Shown here: positions 11,000 to 21,599 of the stretch, piece by piece | Layout of the letters: each line of letters begins with the position of its first letter | Position numbering within the stretch: the first letter of the stretch is position 1 | From: Candidatus Lustribacter sp. | Lineage (GTDB): Bacteria; Vulcanimicrobiota; Vulcanimicrobiia; Vulcanimicrobiales; Vulcanimicrobiaceae | Assembly (NCBI GenBank): GCA_965277805.1 | Contig: OZ255842.1 | Location: forward strand, 3,648,001-3,712,000 | DNA: 64,000 nt | Direction of reading: 5' to 3' | Translations under genes and position numbers: made by a program | Notes under the pieces: generated by a model | Seen by the model: the letters and a program-made list of their open reading frames with translations, nothing else | The model's database searches: none | Told to the model about the DNA's origin: nothing

Positions 11000-12237
11000 C
11001 GTCCGAGAAATCGGCGCGCGACATTGCGGATTCTGGCCTTCAGCAGCGGGGGCGTTCGCTCCGCGATGGGCCGGACAAGTTCTTCGAAGTGCGTCGCCTC
11101 GCGCGGCAGCATCTCAAACCACGTGACGTGTTCGGAAACGAGATCGAGCGAGAACTGATGTTCCGGCGGCGGAACGGGTAGCGAAAACGTCGCGGAGACG
11201 TCGTCGCCGGGGTTGACGCCGTCCGCCGATACCGGGATGCGTGCATAGTTCGGATTGACGATGTCGCCGTTCGGCCCGACGAGCCGTACGCCGAGGCCGA
11301 CCGAGCCGATCGTTTCACCGGACGGCAACCACTTCGCCGTGCCGGTATTGCGCGCAGTGAACGTCACGACGGTGCCGTCCGCGCCGTAGTCGATCGTCGA
11401 GGTTAGGTTGCCGGCAAGACCGCGGGCACTGCGGCTATCGGTCGCTTCCGAGCCGGGCTTCCGCAAAAAGAACGTGCGGGTGACGAGACTCGCCCCGATC
11501 GCACCCAACACGGCCTCGGCTTCGCCGGGGGAAAATTGGCCGGAGATGCGGCGGTTGAACGACGCGACGTCCAGCAGATTCGCCGCCGGCGTATAAAACG
11601 CGACCTCCATCGGGAGGAAGCCGATCTCGCCGGCAAAGCGATCGAGATCCTCGATCACGATGTCGTTTTCGATGACGTCATGATGCGTCATTTCATATTG
11701 TGATTGCGGCGATCGCGAATGCTCCGGGCCGGGCTCGGCGAATGCGATGCGGCCGCCCGGACGAAGGATGCGGTAAAACTCACGCAGCGTACCGGCTTGA
11801 TCTGCGACGTGATGAAACGAGTCCATGCAGACGATCCGGTCGACGTCTTCATCCGGTAACGGGATGCCCTTGGCGTCCGTGCGCGCGAACGCGATCGGCA
11901 AATCGCGCGCGATCGGATCCTCGGCTTTGATACGCGCACCCTGCTCGAGGGCACGTGCAGACACGTCGGTGGCAATCACATCGCAACCGAGATACGCGAA
12001 GATGATGCTCAGCCAACACGTGCCGGCACCGAAATCGAGCAGGCGAAGGCCCGGGCGCAGGTCGAGATTATCGAGAATCAACGACAGGGCGCGGGTGATG
12101 CCTTGCGCCTCCATAGCGTTCATCCAAGGCTTGCGCCGAAGGAGCCAGTTATCGCCGATGCCTTCGAAATACGCGTCGGCCCGCGCTGCGTGTTCCTCCG
12201 GCGAATACCGGGCAATCAAATCCCGGACATCAATCAT
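10996..12237 (-). CDS. Class I SAM-dependent methyltransferase with a C-terminal Ig-like domain
   Basis: LLDFGAGTCW, DSFHHV, ILRPGG; C-terminal FTARNTGTAKW...LDLVSEHVTWF beta domain. Confidence 0.85.
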   Translation of the reverse strand: MIDVRDLIARYSPEEHAARADAYFEGIGDNWLLRRKPWMNAMEAQGITRALSLILDNLDLRPGLRLLDFGAGTCWLSIIFAYLGCDVIATDVSARALEQGARIKAEDPIARDLPIAFARTDAKGIPLPDEDVDRIVCMDSFHHVADQAGTLREFYRILRPGGRIAFAEPGPEHSRSPQSQYEMTHHDVIENDIVIEDLDRFAGEIGFLPMEVAFYTPAANLLDVASFNRRISGQFSPGEAEAVLGAIGASLVTRTFFLRKPGSEATDSRSARGLAGNLTSTIDYGADGTVVTFTARNTGTAKWLPSGETIGSVGLGVRLVGPNGDIVNPNYARIPVSADGVNPGDDVSATFSLPVPPPEHQFSLDLVSEHVTWFEMLPREATHFEELVRPIAERTPPLLKARIRNVARRFLGR

Positions 12238-12279
12238 CCGGGCCGATTCTCTAGCGCCAGTGCGCTATCCGCCCACACG

Positions 12280-13005
12280 TTAGTGCTCGGCGCGTTTTGC
12301 CGCGACGAGCTGGCTGGCGCGAAAAAGGCTCTCGAATTGGCCGGCGTCCGTCCACCAGCCATCCAAGATGTCATAGCGCAAATCGCCGGCCGCCACATAG
12401 GCGTTGTTGACGTCGGTGATTTCCAGCTCACCGCGCTTCGAAGGCTTCAAGACGCGGCAATAGTCGAACACGCGACCGTCGTACATGTAGATGCCGGTAA
12501 CCGCGTATTTGCTTTTCGGCACCTTCGGCTTCTCTTCGATGCTGACGATGCGGTCGCCGTCGAGTTCGGGCACGCCGAAACGTTCGGGATCTTCGACTTC
12601 CTTGAGCAGCAAACGCGCACCGCTCTTCTGCGCCTTGAACTTCTCGACGTACGGCGTGATGTCGTCTTCGATGATATTGTCGCCAAGAATCACGCACACC
12701 GAGTCGCCTTTGGCGAAATGTTCGCACAGCTTGAGCGCATCGGCAATCCCGCCTTCGCCCTCCTGATACGTGTACGAGATATCGTTCAAGCCGAACTCGC
12801 GGCCGTTGCCGAGCAGGCGCAGAAAGTCGCCGGCCGAGTTACCGCCGGTGACGACCATGATTTCGCTGATGCCTGCCTGGCACAACGTCTCGAGCGGATA
12901 GTAGATCATCGGCTTGTCGTACACCGGCAGCAGATGCTTGTTCGTGACCTTCGTCAGGGGCCGTAGACGCGAACCGAGTCCGCCGGCGAGAATGATGCCC
13001 TTCAT
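12280..13005 (-). CDS. rfbA: Glucose-1-phosphate thymidylyltransferase (short form)
   Basis: MKGIILAGGLGSRLRPLT, KHLLPVYDKPMIYYP, LGDN, EKP and RGELEITD motifs. Confidence 0.92.
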   Translation of the reverse strand: MKGIILAGGLGSRLRPLTKVTNKHLLPVYDKPMIYYPLETLCQAGISEIMVVTGGNSAGDFLRLLGNGREFGLNDISYTYQEGEGGIADALKLCEHFAKGDSVCVILGDNIIEDDITPYVEKFKAQKSGARLLLKEVEDPERFGVPELDGDRIVSIEEKPKVPKSKYAVTGIYMYDGRVFDYCRVLKPSKRGELEITDVNNAYVAAGDLRYDILDGWWTDAGQFESLFRASQLVAAKRAEH

Positions 13006-13067
13006 GCGTCGGCTCGGGTTCGCCGAGGGGAGCGATAGCACCGTCCATGCGAACATAGGCCAACGCA

Positions 13068-13838
13068 ATGGATCTGCGCTTATCGCTCGCCGGCCTCATC
13101 GTGGGCATCTTCGTCGGTCTTTCCGGCGTGGGCGGGAGCGCAATCTTGGCCCCGGTGCTCATTTTGCTCTTGGGCGTGAAGCCCACGCTCGTGATTGGCA
13201 CCGACCTGCTCTACAGCGTACCGACGAAGATCTTCGCGGCCGTGCTCCACTATCGGCAAGGCACGATCGACTGGGCCGTGACGCGCATGCTCCTTGCCGG
13301 CGGTGTCCCCGGGGCGATTGCCGGCATCATCACCTTCGGCGAGTTGCGAGCGCACCTGCCCGTCGACGTCTTCGAGACGGCCCTGCGGCACGGCATCGGC
13401 GTCGCGATCCTCTTGGCCAGCGGCGGGTCGCTCTTGCTGATTTTCCGTCCGCGCCCACCGCAATCGGAATCGGCCAACGCGTTGCCGGAACGCCCGGTCG
13501 CGGTCGCCGCAATCGGTGCGGTCGTTGGTGCGCTCGTCGCGCTGACGTCGGTCGGCAGCGGCTCGATCACGCTGCCGTTGCTACTGCTCACACTGCCCGC
13601 GATCGCGATGCGGCGGCTGATCGGCTCGGAGATTGCGTTCGCCGCATTTCTCGTGCCCGTTGCCGCGGTCGGCCAAGGCGCGTTCGGAAACGTCAGCTGG
13701 CCGATGGCCGGCGCGCTGCTTTTGGGCTCGGTCCCCGGCGTATGGATCGGCGCGAAACTCTGCAGCTGGCTCGGTGACGCGTGGCTGCGTCCCGCGATCG
13801 TTATCGTATTGGCGTTCGCCGGCTCGCGACTGCTCTAA
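13068..13838 (+). CDS. Sulfite exporter TauE/SafE family protein
   Basis: GLSGVGG, IGTDL and LTSVGSGS motifs in two repeated halves; highly hydrophobic. Confidence 0.88.
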   Translation: MDLRLSLAGLIVGIFVGLSGVGGSAILAPVLILLLGVKPTLVIGTDLLYSVPTKIFAAVLHYRQGTIDWAVTRMLLAGGVPGAIAGIITFGELRAHLPVDVFETALRHGIGVAILLASGGSLLLIFRPRPPQSESANALPERPVAVAAIGAVVGALVALTSVGSGSITLPLLLLTLPAIAMRRLIGSEIAFAAFLVPVAAVGQGAFGNVSWPMAGALLLGSVPGVWIGAKLCSWLGDAWLRPAIVIVLAFAGSRLL

Positions 13839-13846
13839 CCGCCGCG

Positions 13847-14857
13847 CTAGCGCGAAGCGTACTGCGTCTTGTAGTACTCGCGGAATTCGCCGGACTTGAT
13901 CGGCCGCCACCAGGCTTCATTCGTGCGGTACCATTCCACCGTGTCGCGCAGCCCGCGTTCGAAATCGACGGTGGGCGTCCAGCCTAAGCGCGCGGCTTTC
14001 GAGGCATCGAGCGAATAGCGGCGGTCGTGTCCGGCGCGATCCGTCACGTGGCGCACGTGCGTGTCCCACGTGCGGCCGGTGGCCGCGAGCAAGACCTTCG
14101 TGATCTCGAGGTTCTCGCGGCTGTTGCCGCCGCCGAGGTTGTAGATCTCCCCGAGCGTGCCGTGCTCGAGCACGTGCAGGATGCCGCGCGCGTGATCGTC
14201 GACGTGCATCCAATCGCGGATCTGTTTGCCGTCACCGTAGACCGGCACCGGCGCGTCGTCGATCAGATTGGTCGCGAAGAGCGGTATCAGCTTTTCCGGA
14301 TATTGATACGGGCCGTACGTGTTGGAACCGCGCGTGATGAGGACGGGCGTATCGTAGGTCGTCGCGTACGCAAGGACTTGCAGGTCGCCGCCGGCTTTCG
14401 ATGCGGCGTAGGGCGAGCGCGGCCGGATCGGATCTTCTTCGGTCGAGCTGCCGCGCTCGATGTCGCCGTAGACTTCGTCGGTCGAAACTTGAAGGAAGCG
14501 CGCGATCTTCTGTTCGCGCACCGCTTCGAGCAGCACGTGCGTGCCGAGCACGTCCGTCTTGATGAACTGCTCGGGCGCGAGGATCGAGCGATCGACGTGC
14601 GACTCCGCGGCGAAATTCACGATCGCGGTTGCGCCGGTGCCGATTGCCTCACGCACCGCGCTCGCATCGCAGATGTCGCCGCGGACGAACCGATAGCGTG
14701 CGTCGCCGGCGACCTCGCGCACGTTCTCGGGGTTGGCCGCATAGGTCATCGCATCAAGCACGGTCACGTGAAGGCCGGGACGCTCGCGTACGATCATCCG
14801 GACGAACGCCGATCCGATGAAGCCGAGACCACCCGTGACAACCCAGTGCTGGTTCAC
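13847..14857 (-). CDS. rfbB: dTDP-glucose 4,6-dehydratase
   Basis: VTGGLGFIGS, FAAESHVDRSI, VSTDEVYG, SPYAASKA, QYPEKLIP and DRAGHDRRY motifs. Confidence 0.96.
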   Translation of the reverse strand: MNQHWVVTGGLGFIGSAFVRMIVRERPGLHVTVLDAMTYAANPENVREVAGDARYRFVRGDICDASAVREAIGTGATAIVNFAAESHVDRSILAPEQFIKTDVLGTHVLLEAVREQKIARFLQVSTDEVYGDIERGSSTEEDPIRPRSPYAASKAGGDLQVLAYATTYDTPVLITRGSNTYGPYQYPEKLIPLFATNLIDDAPVPVYGDGKQIRDWMHVDDHARGILHVLEHGTLGEIYNLGGGNSRENLEITKVLLAATGRTWDTHVRHVTDRAGHDRRYSLDASKAARLGWTPTVDFERGLRDTVEWYRTNEAWWRPIKSGEFREYYKTQYASR

Positions 14858-14942
14858 GTTAGCGGCCTGCGCGAACGGAGCATGCCGCTCCTTCCTTCAT
14901 GAGACGCGAGGGGCGGGATTCAAGGGACAAGAAACGCGGGGA

Positions 14943-16817
14943 GTGCACGCTAAATCGTGGATGTTCTACGCCGCGACGGCCATCCTCGCGTTTCTCGGCG
15001 CATTCTTCATCATGCACCTGTGGGACATGCATCTGAACGTCCCGCTCTACTTTGCCCGCGGCGGCGACGAGTTACCGACGCTGGTTTGGGTCAAAGCGAT
15101 GATGGACGACGGGTGGGTCAATACGATCACGCACCTCGGTGCACCAACCGCCCTTTCGACCGGCGATTTTCCGGTCACGGCGCTCGTCCATCTCGGCGTT
15201 CTCAAAATTCTGACGCTCATCGTGCACGACGTCGGAACCGCGATCAACCTGTATTTCATCGCGGGCTTCTCGCTGATTGCGATATCGAGCGCTTATGTCT
15301 TGCGACGCTTCGGCATCTCGTGGCCGGCGGCGATGATGGTTTCCGTCGTATACGCGCTGTTGCCGATGCGTTTCTATCGCAACGAAGCGCATCTTCCGTA
15401 CGGACAATACTTTCTCTATCCCATCCTTGCGCTCGCGACGCTTTGGATCTACCGGGGCGAACGGCTATTCGACGCGAGCAAGCGACGCCCAACCCGCGAC
15501 GGCTACATTTATCTCATCGGGCTCGTTGCCGTCGCGTGGGATAACCCGTTGCTCGCGGCCTTCGCGATTATGATCCTCGCGCTGGCGGGACTAGCATCGG
15601 CGATACGGACGCGCACGTGGAAAGGCGCGATGACCGCCGTAGCCGGCGTCGTGCTTCTCGTCGTTGCATTGGAAGCGAGCATGCTTCCGAACATACTCTA
15701 CGTCAAGCAGCACGGCAAGAACCCCGTCGCGATGGCCTACTCGGGAGAAGGCACCGAGCTTTACGCCTTGACGCTGCCCCAACTCGTGTTACCGATTCAG
15801 TCACATCGCATTCCGGCTCTTGCGCAGGTACGTGCTCGCTTCGATTCGGGCATACCGATGTTTTCGAACGAAAACAGCTCGGCCACGCTCGGGCTCCTGG
15901 CGACGCTCGGCTTCGTAGGATCGATTGTTGCATTTCTGCTGTTCCGGGCCAACGCGTTCGAGGCACTCTGGCCCGATCTCGCGCGGCTCAACATCGCCAC
16001 GTTTCTCTTGATCACCATTGGGTCAGTCGGCGCGCTGATCGGATTCTATTTCGAGCCCGACCTTCGCGGCTACAACCGGTACTCGCCGATGATCGGATTC
16101 CTATCGCTCGCGACCGTTGCAATCGCGCTCGACGCGATCCGGCGACGCTGGCCGGAAACGCGCGCTCGGGACGGCGCCTGGATCGCAGCGCTGCTCCTCA
16201 TCGGCGTGCTCGCGATCCTCGATCAAACCTCCGACGCGTTTGTCCCGGCATACGCAGCCGATCTTCAAGCCTACACCGGGGATGCGCACTATGCGGCGGT
16301 GCTCGAGAAGCACTTCGCCCCGAACGCCGCCCTCTATCAGATCCCATACGTGCCGTTCCCCGTCTGGCCCACCGTCGTGAACCTCGGGTCGTGGGAACAG
16401 ACGGCGCTCTATTTGCATTCGACCACCCTGCGGTACAGCTACGGTTCGACGAACGGACGCCCCAGCGGTGAGTGGCAAGAGTACGTTGCCGCCCAAGACC
16501 CGCGGCAGTTTCTCGAACAGATTATCCTCGGCGGCTTCGACGGCGTTCTCGTGTATCGTCGCGGCTATAAGGACAACGGCGCCGCGATCGAAAAAGACCT
16601 CGGCTCGCTGCTGCGCCAAACGCCGATCGTCCGCGACGACGGCACGATTGCAGCCTACGATATCAGCAAACTACAAGCAAGCTACGAAGCCCGCGCCGGC
16701 ACGGCGCTTGTAGATCACGTGCGGACAGAATTGCTGACGCCCAAAGTCGACTGGGATACGTCGCTGACAGCGGCGACGAAAATCGTCGACCAGCTGCTCG
16801 CGGAGACGTCCCGTTGA
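14943..16817 (+). CDS. Polytopic membrane protein, probable GT-C (YfhO-like) glycosyltransferase
   Basis: First TM followed by an acidic loop (GGDE), many TM helices and a soluble C-terminal domain; paralog of the next gene. GTG start at 14943 inferred. Confidence 0.6.
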   Translation: MHAKSWMFYAATAILAFLGAFFIMHLWDMHLNVPLYFARGGDELPTLVWVKAMMDDGWVNTITHLGAPTALSTGDFPVTALVHLGVLKILTLIVHDVGTAINLYFIAGFSLIAISSAYVLRRFGISWPAAMMVSVVYALLPMRFYRNEAHLPYGQYFLYPILALATLWIYRGERLFDASKRRPTRDGYIYLIGLVAVAWDNPLLAAFAIMILALAGLASAIRTRTWKGAMTAVAGVVLLVVALEASMLPNILYVKQHGKNPVAMAYSGEGTELYALTLPQLVLPIQSHRIPALAQVRARFDSGIPMFSNENSSATLGLLATLGFVGSIVAFLLFRANAFEALWPDLARLNIATFLLITIGSVGALIGFYFEPDLRGYNRYSPMIGFLSLATVAIALDAIRRRWPETRARDGAWIAALLLIGVLAILDQTSDAFVPAYAADLQAYTGDAHYAAVLEKHFAPNAALYQIPYVPFPVWPTVVNLGSWEQTALYLHSTTLRYSYGSTNGRPSGEWQEYVAAQDPRQFLEQIILGGFDGVLVYRRGYKDNGAAIEKDLGSLLRQTPIVRDDGTIAAYDISKLQASYEARAGTALVDHVRTELLTPKVDWDTSLTAATKIVDQLLAETSR

Positions 16818-19084
16818 GCAGAACTCGCGTCGGCCCCTACATTTGGAGCGCGCTCGTTGCGTTGATCGGCGCCGTCGTCGTCATGCACCTGTGGCACATG
16901 CGCGTCGGCATCCCGCTCTACTACAGCCGCGGCGGCGAAGAGCTGATGGTCCTTACGTGGACGAAGGCGATGCTCGACGGCGGATGGTACGGCACGATCG
17001 CGCACCTCGGCGCGCCGTTTGCGATGTCAACGGCCGACTATCCGCTCCCGGACCTGCTGCACACCCTGGTGCTGCGCGTCATCACCCTTGTGGTGCATCA
17101 CGCACCGGTTGCCGTGAACCTTTACTTCATCGCGGGCTTTCCGTTGATCGCACTGGCCGGCACCTACGCTCTGCGGCGTCTGGGCGTCTCGTCGGGCGCG
17201 GCCGTTGCGATGTCGGTCATCTACGCGCTGTTGCCGTTTCGCTTCATGCGCAACGAAGGGGCCCTGTTCGCCTCTCAGTACTACATCCTGCCGCTGCTGG
17301 TGCTCGCAGTTGTCTGGGTTCTGCGCGAACACGCGCTGTTCGATCCGGGCCGCCGCAGGCCGACGCGAGACGGCTACATCTTTCTCGTAAGCCTGCTCGC
17401 GCTCTCGTGGGATAACACCTACGATGCCGCCTTCGGCGTGATGCTTCTCGCCTTCGCGGCGGCGGCGTCGTATGCACGCACGCGCGCTTGGCGCGGCGCA
17501 GCGGCGGCGCTCGTGGGGATCATCGTGATCTTCGCCGGTGCCGAGATCGAACTTCTGCCGTCGACCATCTACCAGCTCCAGCACGGCAAGGATGCCGCCA
17601 TCGTCTCCCTAGCGCCGCAGACATCCGAGTATAACGCGTTGACGCTGGCGCAACTCGTCCTCCCGATCCAGAACCACCGCATCCCGAAACTGGCTCGCAT
17701 GCGGGCGAAGTTTGATTCGGGGCTTGTTGACTTTATCAACGAGAACTCCTCAGCCACGCTCGGAGTGGTGGGCGCGCTGGGCTTTCTCGGCACCTTGGCG
17801 GCGCTGCTGCTCGTGCGCACCGAGCGCGACGGCGATCTGTGGCCCGAGCTCTCGCGATTGAATCTAGCGATGTTTTTCATCGCGACCATCGGCGGGGTGG
17901 GGGCGCTGATCACGTACTATCTCGTTCCACAGCTGGATCTCTACAATCGCATCTCGCCGCTGATCGCCTTCGTTTCTCTGGCGGCGGTCGCGCTCGTTCT
18001 CGATACGATCCGGCGACGCCGGCTCGCGGAGTGGAACGGCGTGTGGGCGATGGGCCTCACGCTTTTGACGGCGGTTGCGATCTTCGATCAAACCTCAGCC
18101 ACCTACGTGCCGAACTATAACGCCGACATTCAAGCGTATAACGCTGATACCGGATTCGCGACAATGCTCGAAAGCCGCCTCGGGCCCAATGCGCAGGTGT
18201 ATCAGTTACCGCACGTCGCGTTCCCGAGCATCGCCCCAGTCGAGCGGCTCCAACCCTGGGACCAAACGGCGCTCTACCTGCAATCGCACACCCTGCACTA
18301 CAGCTTTGGGACGACCGTCGGGCGCAAAGACGACGATTGGCAACTCGCCACGAACGCGCTGCCCTTGCATGCATCGCTCATGGAACTCGTACTTGCCGGG
18401 TTCCAGGGCATCGTGGTCTACACAGCCGGCTACGCGGACAACGGGAACGCCGAGATCGGCGCGCTATCATCGCAGCTGGGAACCGACCCGGTCCTTCGCG
18501 ACGACCGCATGGCCGCGTTCTTCGACCTCAGCAAGCTGCACGCGCGCTACATCGCGGCCGTCGGAGCCGATAAGGCGGCCTCCGTACGCGCGACGATCAT
18601 TCACGCCGTACCCGGCGGCATCCAGCATCCGCCTGAGGACATTGCTATGGCAATGGGTACGGCCGGGCGATTACTCGACGCGGTGAGCACGCCGCCGGCG
18701 ACGGCAATCGACGTCACCTTCGCGGCGGGCTGCTACGCGCCGGAGCGAAACGCCACATCGGATTGGCATTGGTGCGGCAACTCAGCCCTCCTGACACTTC
18801 TGAACCATGGCCCGGCGCAACGCATCGTGCTGAAGTACACGTTGACAACCGGCGCGCCGGCGCAGGTGACGGCTGCCGCAAATGGGACGCGCGCAATACT
18901 CGAGGGTTCGCCGCAAGGAAGTTCCGTCAATGAAACACTCCTCGTTCCGCCCGGACGAACCGCCCTGCGGCTCACCACCAGCGCGCAGCCCATCGCGGCA
19001 CCCGCCGATCCGCGCCGTCTTACGATGCAAATTGCGAATTTACGGGTATTTCAAACACACGCAGGTAACGTAACACCGCCTTGA
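16814..19084 (+). CDS. Polytopic membrane protein, probable GT-C glycosyltransferase with an extra C-terminal beta domain
   Basis: Clear paralog of 14943-16817 (GGEE, QLVLPIQNHRIP, NENSSATLG, DQTS); added GCYAPE...WHWC...DPRRL domain. Confidence 0.6.
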   Translation: MSRTRVGPYIWSALVALIGAVVVMHLWHMRVGIPLYYSRGGEELMVLTWTKAMLDGGWYGTIAHLGAPFAMSTADYPLPDLLHTLVLRVITLVVHHAPVAVNLYFIAGFPLIALAGTYALRRLGVSSGAAVAMSVIYALLPFRFMRNEGALFASQYYILPLLVLAVVWVLREHALFDPGRRRPTRDGYIFLVSLLALSWDNTYDAAFGVMLLAFAAAASYARTRAWRGAAAALVGIIVIFAGAEIELLPSTIYQLQHGKDAAIVSLAPQTSEYNALTLAQLVLPIQNHRIPKLARMRAKFDSGLVDFINENSSATLGVVGALGFLGTLAALLLVRTERDGDLWPELSRLNLAMFFIATIGGVGALITYYLVPQLDLYNRISPLIAFVSLAAVALVLDTIRRRRLAEWNGVWAMGLTLLTAVAIFDQTSATYVPNYNADIQAYNADTGFATMLESRLGPNAQVYQLPHVAFPSIAPVERLQPWDQTALYLQSHTLHYSFGTTVGRKDDDWQLATNALPLHASLMELVLAGFQGIVVYTAGYADNGNAEIGALSSQLGTDPVLRDDRMAAFFDLSKLHARYIAAVGADKAASVRATIIHAVPGGIQHPPEDIAMAMGTAGRLLDAVSTPPATAIDVTFAAGCYAPERNATSDWHWCGNSALLTLLNHGPAQRIVLKYTLTTGAPAQVTAAANGTRAILEGSPQGSSVNETLLVPPGRTALRLTTSAQPIAAPADPRRLTMQIANLRVFQTHAGNVTPP

Positions 19085-19956
19085 AGATTTGCACCAATTG
19101 CAGCACTCGCTACGACGGGCCGAATTGGGACTGCCCGAATTGTTCGTTCAAACCCGATCGGTTGGCATCCCACATTCGCTTCGCACCGGAAGTCGCGACG
19201 GAGACGGCAGGCTTCGAGCCGGAATTCTTCGAGAACCTGTTCGCCCTCGAGGCAAGCAACTTTTGGTTTCGCGCCCGGAACGAACTCATTCTCTGGGCAA
19301 TGAAGGCCTACTTCAGCACGGCGCGATCGATGCTCGAAATCGGATGCGGAACGGGCTTCGTGCTCTCGGGAGTGGAGCGAGCGTTCCCGCAGCTGGTGCT
19401 TTCCGGAACCGAAGTGCTCGATCGCGGGCTGGAGCTGACCGCCAAACGCATCAAGTCCGCGACGCTCTATCAGATGGATGCGCGCTCCATACCCTTTGAG
19501 AATGAGTTCGACGTGATCGGCGCGTTCGACGTCATCGAGCACATCGTGGAAGATTCGCGCGTGCTGGCGGAGATGTACCGCGCCGTGAAACCCGGGGGCG
19601 GCATCCTCGTGACCGTACCGCAGCATCCCTGGCTCTGGAGCCAGGGCGACGTTCACGCTCACCACGAACGCCGGTATGTCGCCGCGGACTTCGCACGACA
19701 GGTGCGCACGGCCGGTTTCCGGATTTCGCGGATGACGTCGTTCGTGTCGCTCCTCTTGCCGCTCTTACTGATTTCACGGCGGCGAAACACGGGAGCGTCT
19801 TTCGATCCCCACGCCGAATTCAAAATCCCCGCCTATCAAAACGCGATCCTCGAATGGGCTCTGGGGATCGAACGCTCCCTGATCCAGGCAGGCGTCAATT
19901 TTCCCGCCGGCGGATCACTGCTCGTCATCGCTCACAAACCGGAGTCTGCCGGATGA
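19081..19956 (+). CDS. Class I SAM-dependent methyltransferase with an N-terminal Cys motif
   Basis: CTNC...CPNC, NFWFRARN, LEIGCGTG, FDVIEHI and HHERRY motifs; TTG start overlapping the previous stop. Confidence 0.88.
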   Translation: MKICTNCSTRYDGPNWDCPNCSFKPDRLASHIRFAPEVATETAGFEPEFFENLFALEASNFWFRARNELILWAMKAYFSTARSMLEIGCGTGFVLSGVERAFPQLVLSGTEVLDRGLELTAKRIKSATLYQMDARSIPFENEFDVIGAFDVIEHIVEDSRVLAEMYRAVKPGGGILVTVPQHPWLWSQGDVHAHHERRYVAADFARQVRTAGFRISRMTSFVSLLLPLLLISRRRNTGASFDPHAEFKIPAYQNAILEWALGIERSLIQAGVNFPAGGSLLVIAHKPESAG

Positions 19957-20681
19957 TCTCCATCGAACCAAACGTCGTCGACGCCGAACTCGAGAAGCGC
20001 GGCTACCTCATTATCAAAGATGCAGCGCTGACCGAGTTGTGCAGCGCCGCTCACGACGAATACTACCGGTGCTTTGAGGCGTCGACGCTACACGCGCCAC
20101 GCGACCGGTTCCACTATACCGACCTGATCAAGAATCCGTGGCGCAAACTGACGATCGGCTCCGGCAACGGGCTCGGCGAAGCGTACGCCCAGAATCTGCA
20201 GACGACGTATTTTCATTTCGACGATCCGAACTACCCGAGGCTCGGCTCGTTGTTCAAGATGATGACCGTCATGCGCAACAAGCTCATGGGCGTTTCCGAG
20301 TCGTTCGGTTCGGATCCCGATCACGATCGCTTTTGGGACGCTTGCCGCGTGCATCACTATCCGCGCGGCGGCGGTTTTATGGCCGTCCACCGCGATACGT
20401 ACTTCCCCCAGATCATCGACGCGCAGATCGGCAAGCCGTACTATCAGATCTGCGTGCTGCTCAGTCGCAAAGGCACGGACTTCGGGACGGGCGGCGGAAT
20501 TATCATCGATAACGACGACGCCAAGGTCGACCTCGAAACGGCGGCCGGCTTCGGCTCGCTCATCCTATTCGATGGCCGCGCGCGCCACGCCGTCGAGGAC
20601 GTCGATCTCGATACCATCATCGACTTCAATCGGGCCGACGGGCGGTTAGCTGCCTTCGTGAACCTCTACGCGGTCCGATAG
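19953..20681 (+). CDS. Putative 2OG-Fe(II) oxygenase-fold protein
   Basis: YPRGGGFMAVHRD (HxD), GGG, ILFDG..RHAV (distal His) and GRLAAF (Arg); ATGA overlap with the previous gene. Confidence 0.6.
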   Translation: MISIEPNVVDAELEKRGYLIIKDAALTELCSAAHDEYYRCFEASTLHAPRDRFHYTDLIKNPWRKLTIGSGNGLGEAYAQNLQTTYFHFDDPNYPRLGSLFKMMTVMRNKLMGVSESFGSDPDHDRFWDACRVHHYPRGGGFMAVHRDTYFPQIIDAQIGKPYYQICVLLSRKGTDFGTGGGIIIDNDDAKVDLETAAGFGSLILFDGRARHAVEDVDLDTIIDFNRADGRLAAFVNLYAVR

Positions 20682-21599
20682 CGGGCCGCCATAGACCTTG
20701 CGGACGACCGTGAGCGGACGCCGCTTCGTCTCCGAGAGAATGTTCGCGACATAGATGCCCTGAATGCCGAGAATGACCGTCGAGAGCGCGCCGAAAAACC
20801 AGATCGACACGATGATCGATGTGAAGCCGGTGACGGGAACACGTGCAAACGCGTAAAGCAGCACGAAGTACACGATCAGCGCCGCAGCAACGGCCGTCAG
20901 CGCGAGGCCGAGATAGAAGACCATGTAGAGCAGCTTGGTCGACGACGTCGTCAGGTGCTTGACGAAATACTGCACGCGCATGCGGAACGAGTAGGTCGAC
21001 GTCGAGCTCATATGCTTCGTCGCCGCGATGCCGACTTGCCGGAAGCCGGACGACGCCCACAGCTGCGAGATGAGGAACTCGCGATCGCGGTGCTCGAGCA
21101 GCGCGTCGACATAATCTCGCTTCATGAGCCTGGCCGTCATGATGTTGCGCGGAATCCGGTCGGTGCTGAGCTTATCGAGGAGCCAAAAGTAGACTTCGCC
21201 CGTGAACTGCGTCATGAAGCCGCCGCGCCGCTGGGGCTGAAACCCGTACACGACGTCGCAATCGCCTTCCATCAGACGAGCGTAAAAGATGCCGAGCAGT
21301 TCGGGATCTTCATCGAGATCGCTATCGAGCAGAAACACGAGGTCACCGCTCGCATGCGCGAGCCCCGTCATGAGCGCCTTATGGTGCCCGAAATTCCGCG
21401 AGAGGTCGACCACGACGACGCGGGGGTCCAGTTGCCGCAACGCGAGGGCGCGACCGAGACTGTCGTCGGGCGAGCCGTCGTTGACCATGATGAGCTCCAG
21501 CTCGTAGCCGAGGGGTTCGGCTGCCGCCACGGCGCGCAGGTAGAACTCATTGATCGTCCCGGCCGACCGGTACAGCGTCGTCACGATGGACAGCTTCAT
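20646..21599 (-). CDS. GT2 polyprenol-phosphate glycosyltransferase (GtrB/ArnC-like)
   Basis: VNDGSPD, LSRNFGHHKAL, DSDLDEDP, two C-terminal TM helices and ETKRRP. Confidence 0.9.
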   Translation of the reverse strand: MKLSIVTTLYRSAGTINEFYLRAVAAAEPLGYELELIMVNDGSPDDSLGRALALRQLDPRVVVVDLSRNFGHHKALMTGLAHASGDLVFLLDSDLDEDPELLGIFYARLMEGDCDVVYGFQPQRRGGFMTQFTGEVYFWLLDKLSTDRIPRNIMTARLMKRDYVDALLEHRDREFLISQLWASSGFRQVGIAATKHMSSTSTYSFRMRVQYFVKHLTTSSTKLLYMVFYLGLALTAVAAALIVYFVLLYAFARVPVTGFTSIIVSIWFFGALSTVILGIQGIYVANILSETKRRPLTVVRKVYGGPLSDRVEVHEGS

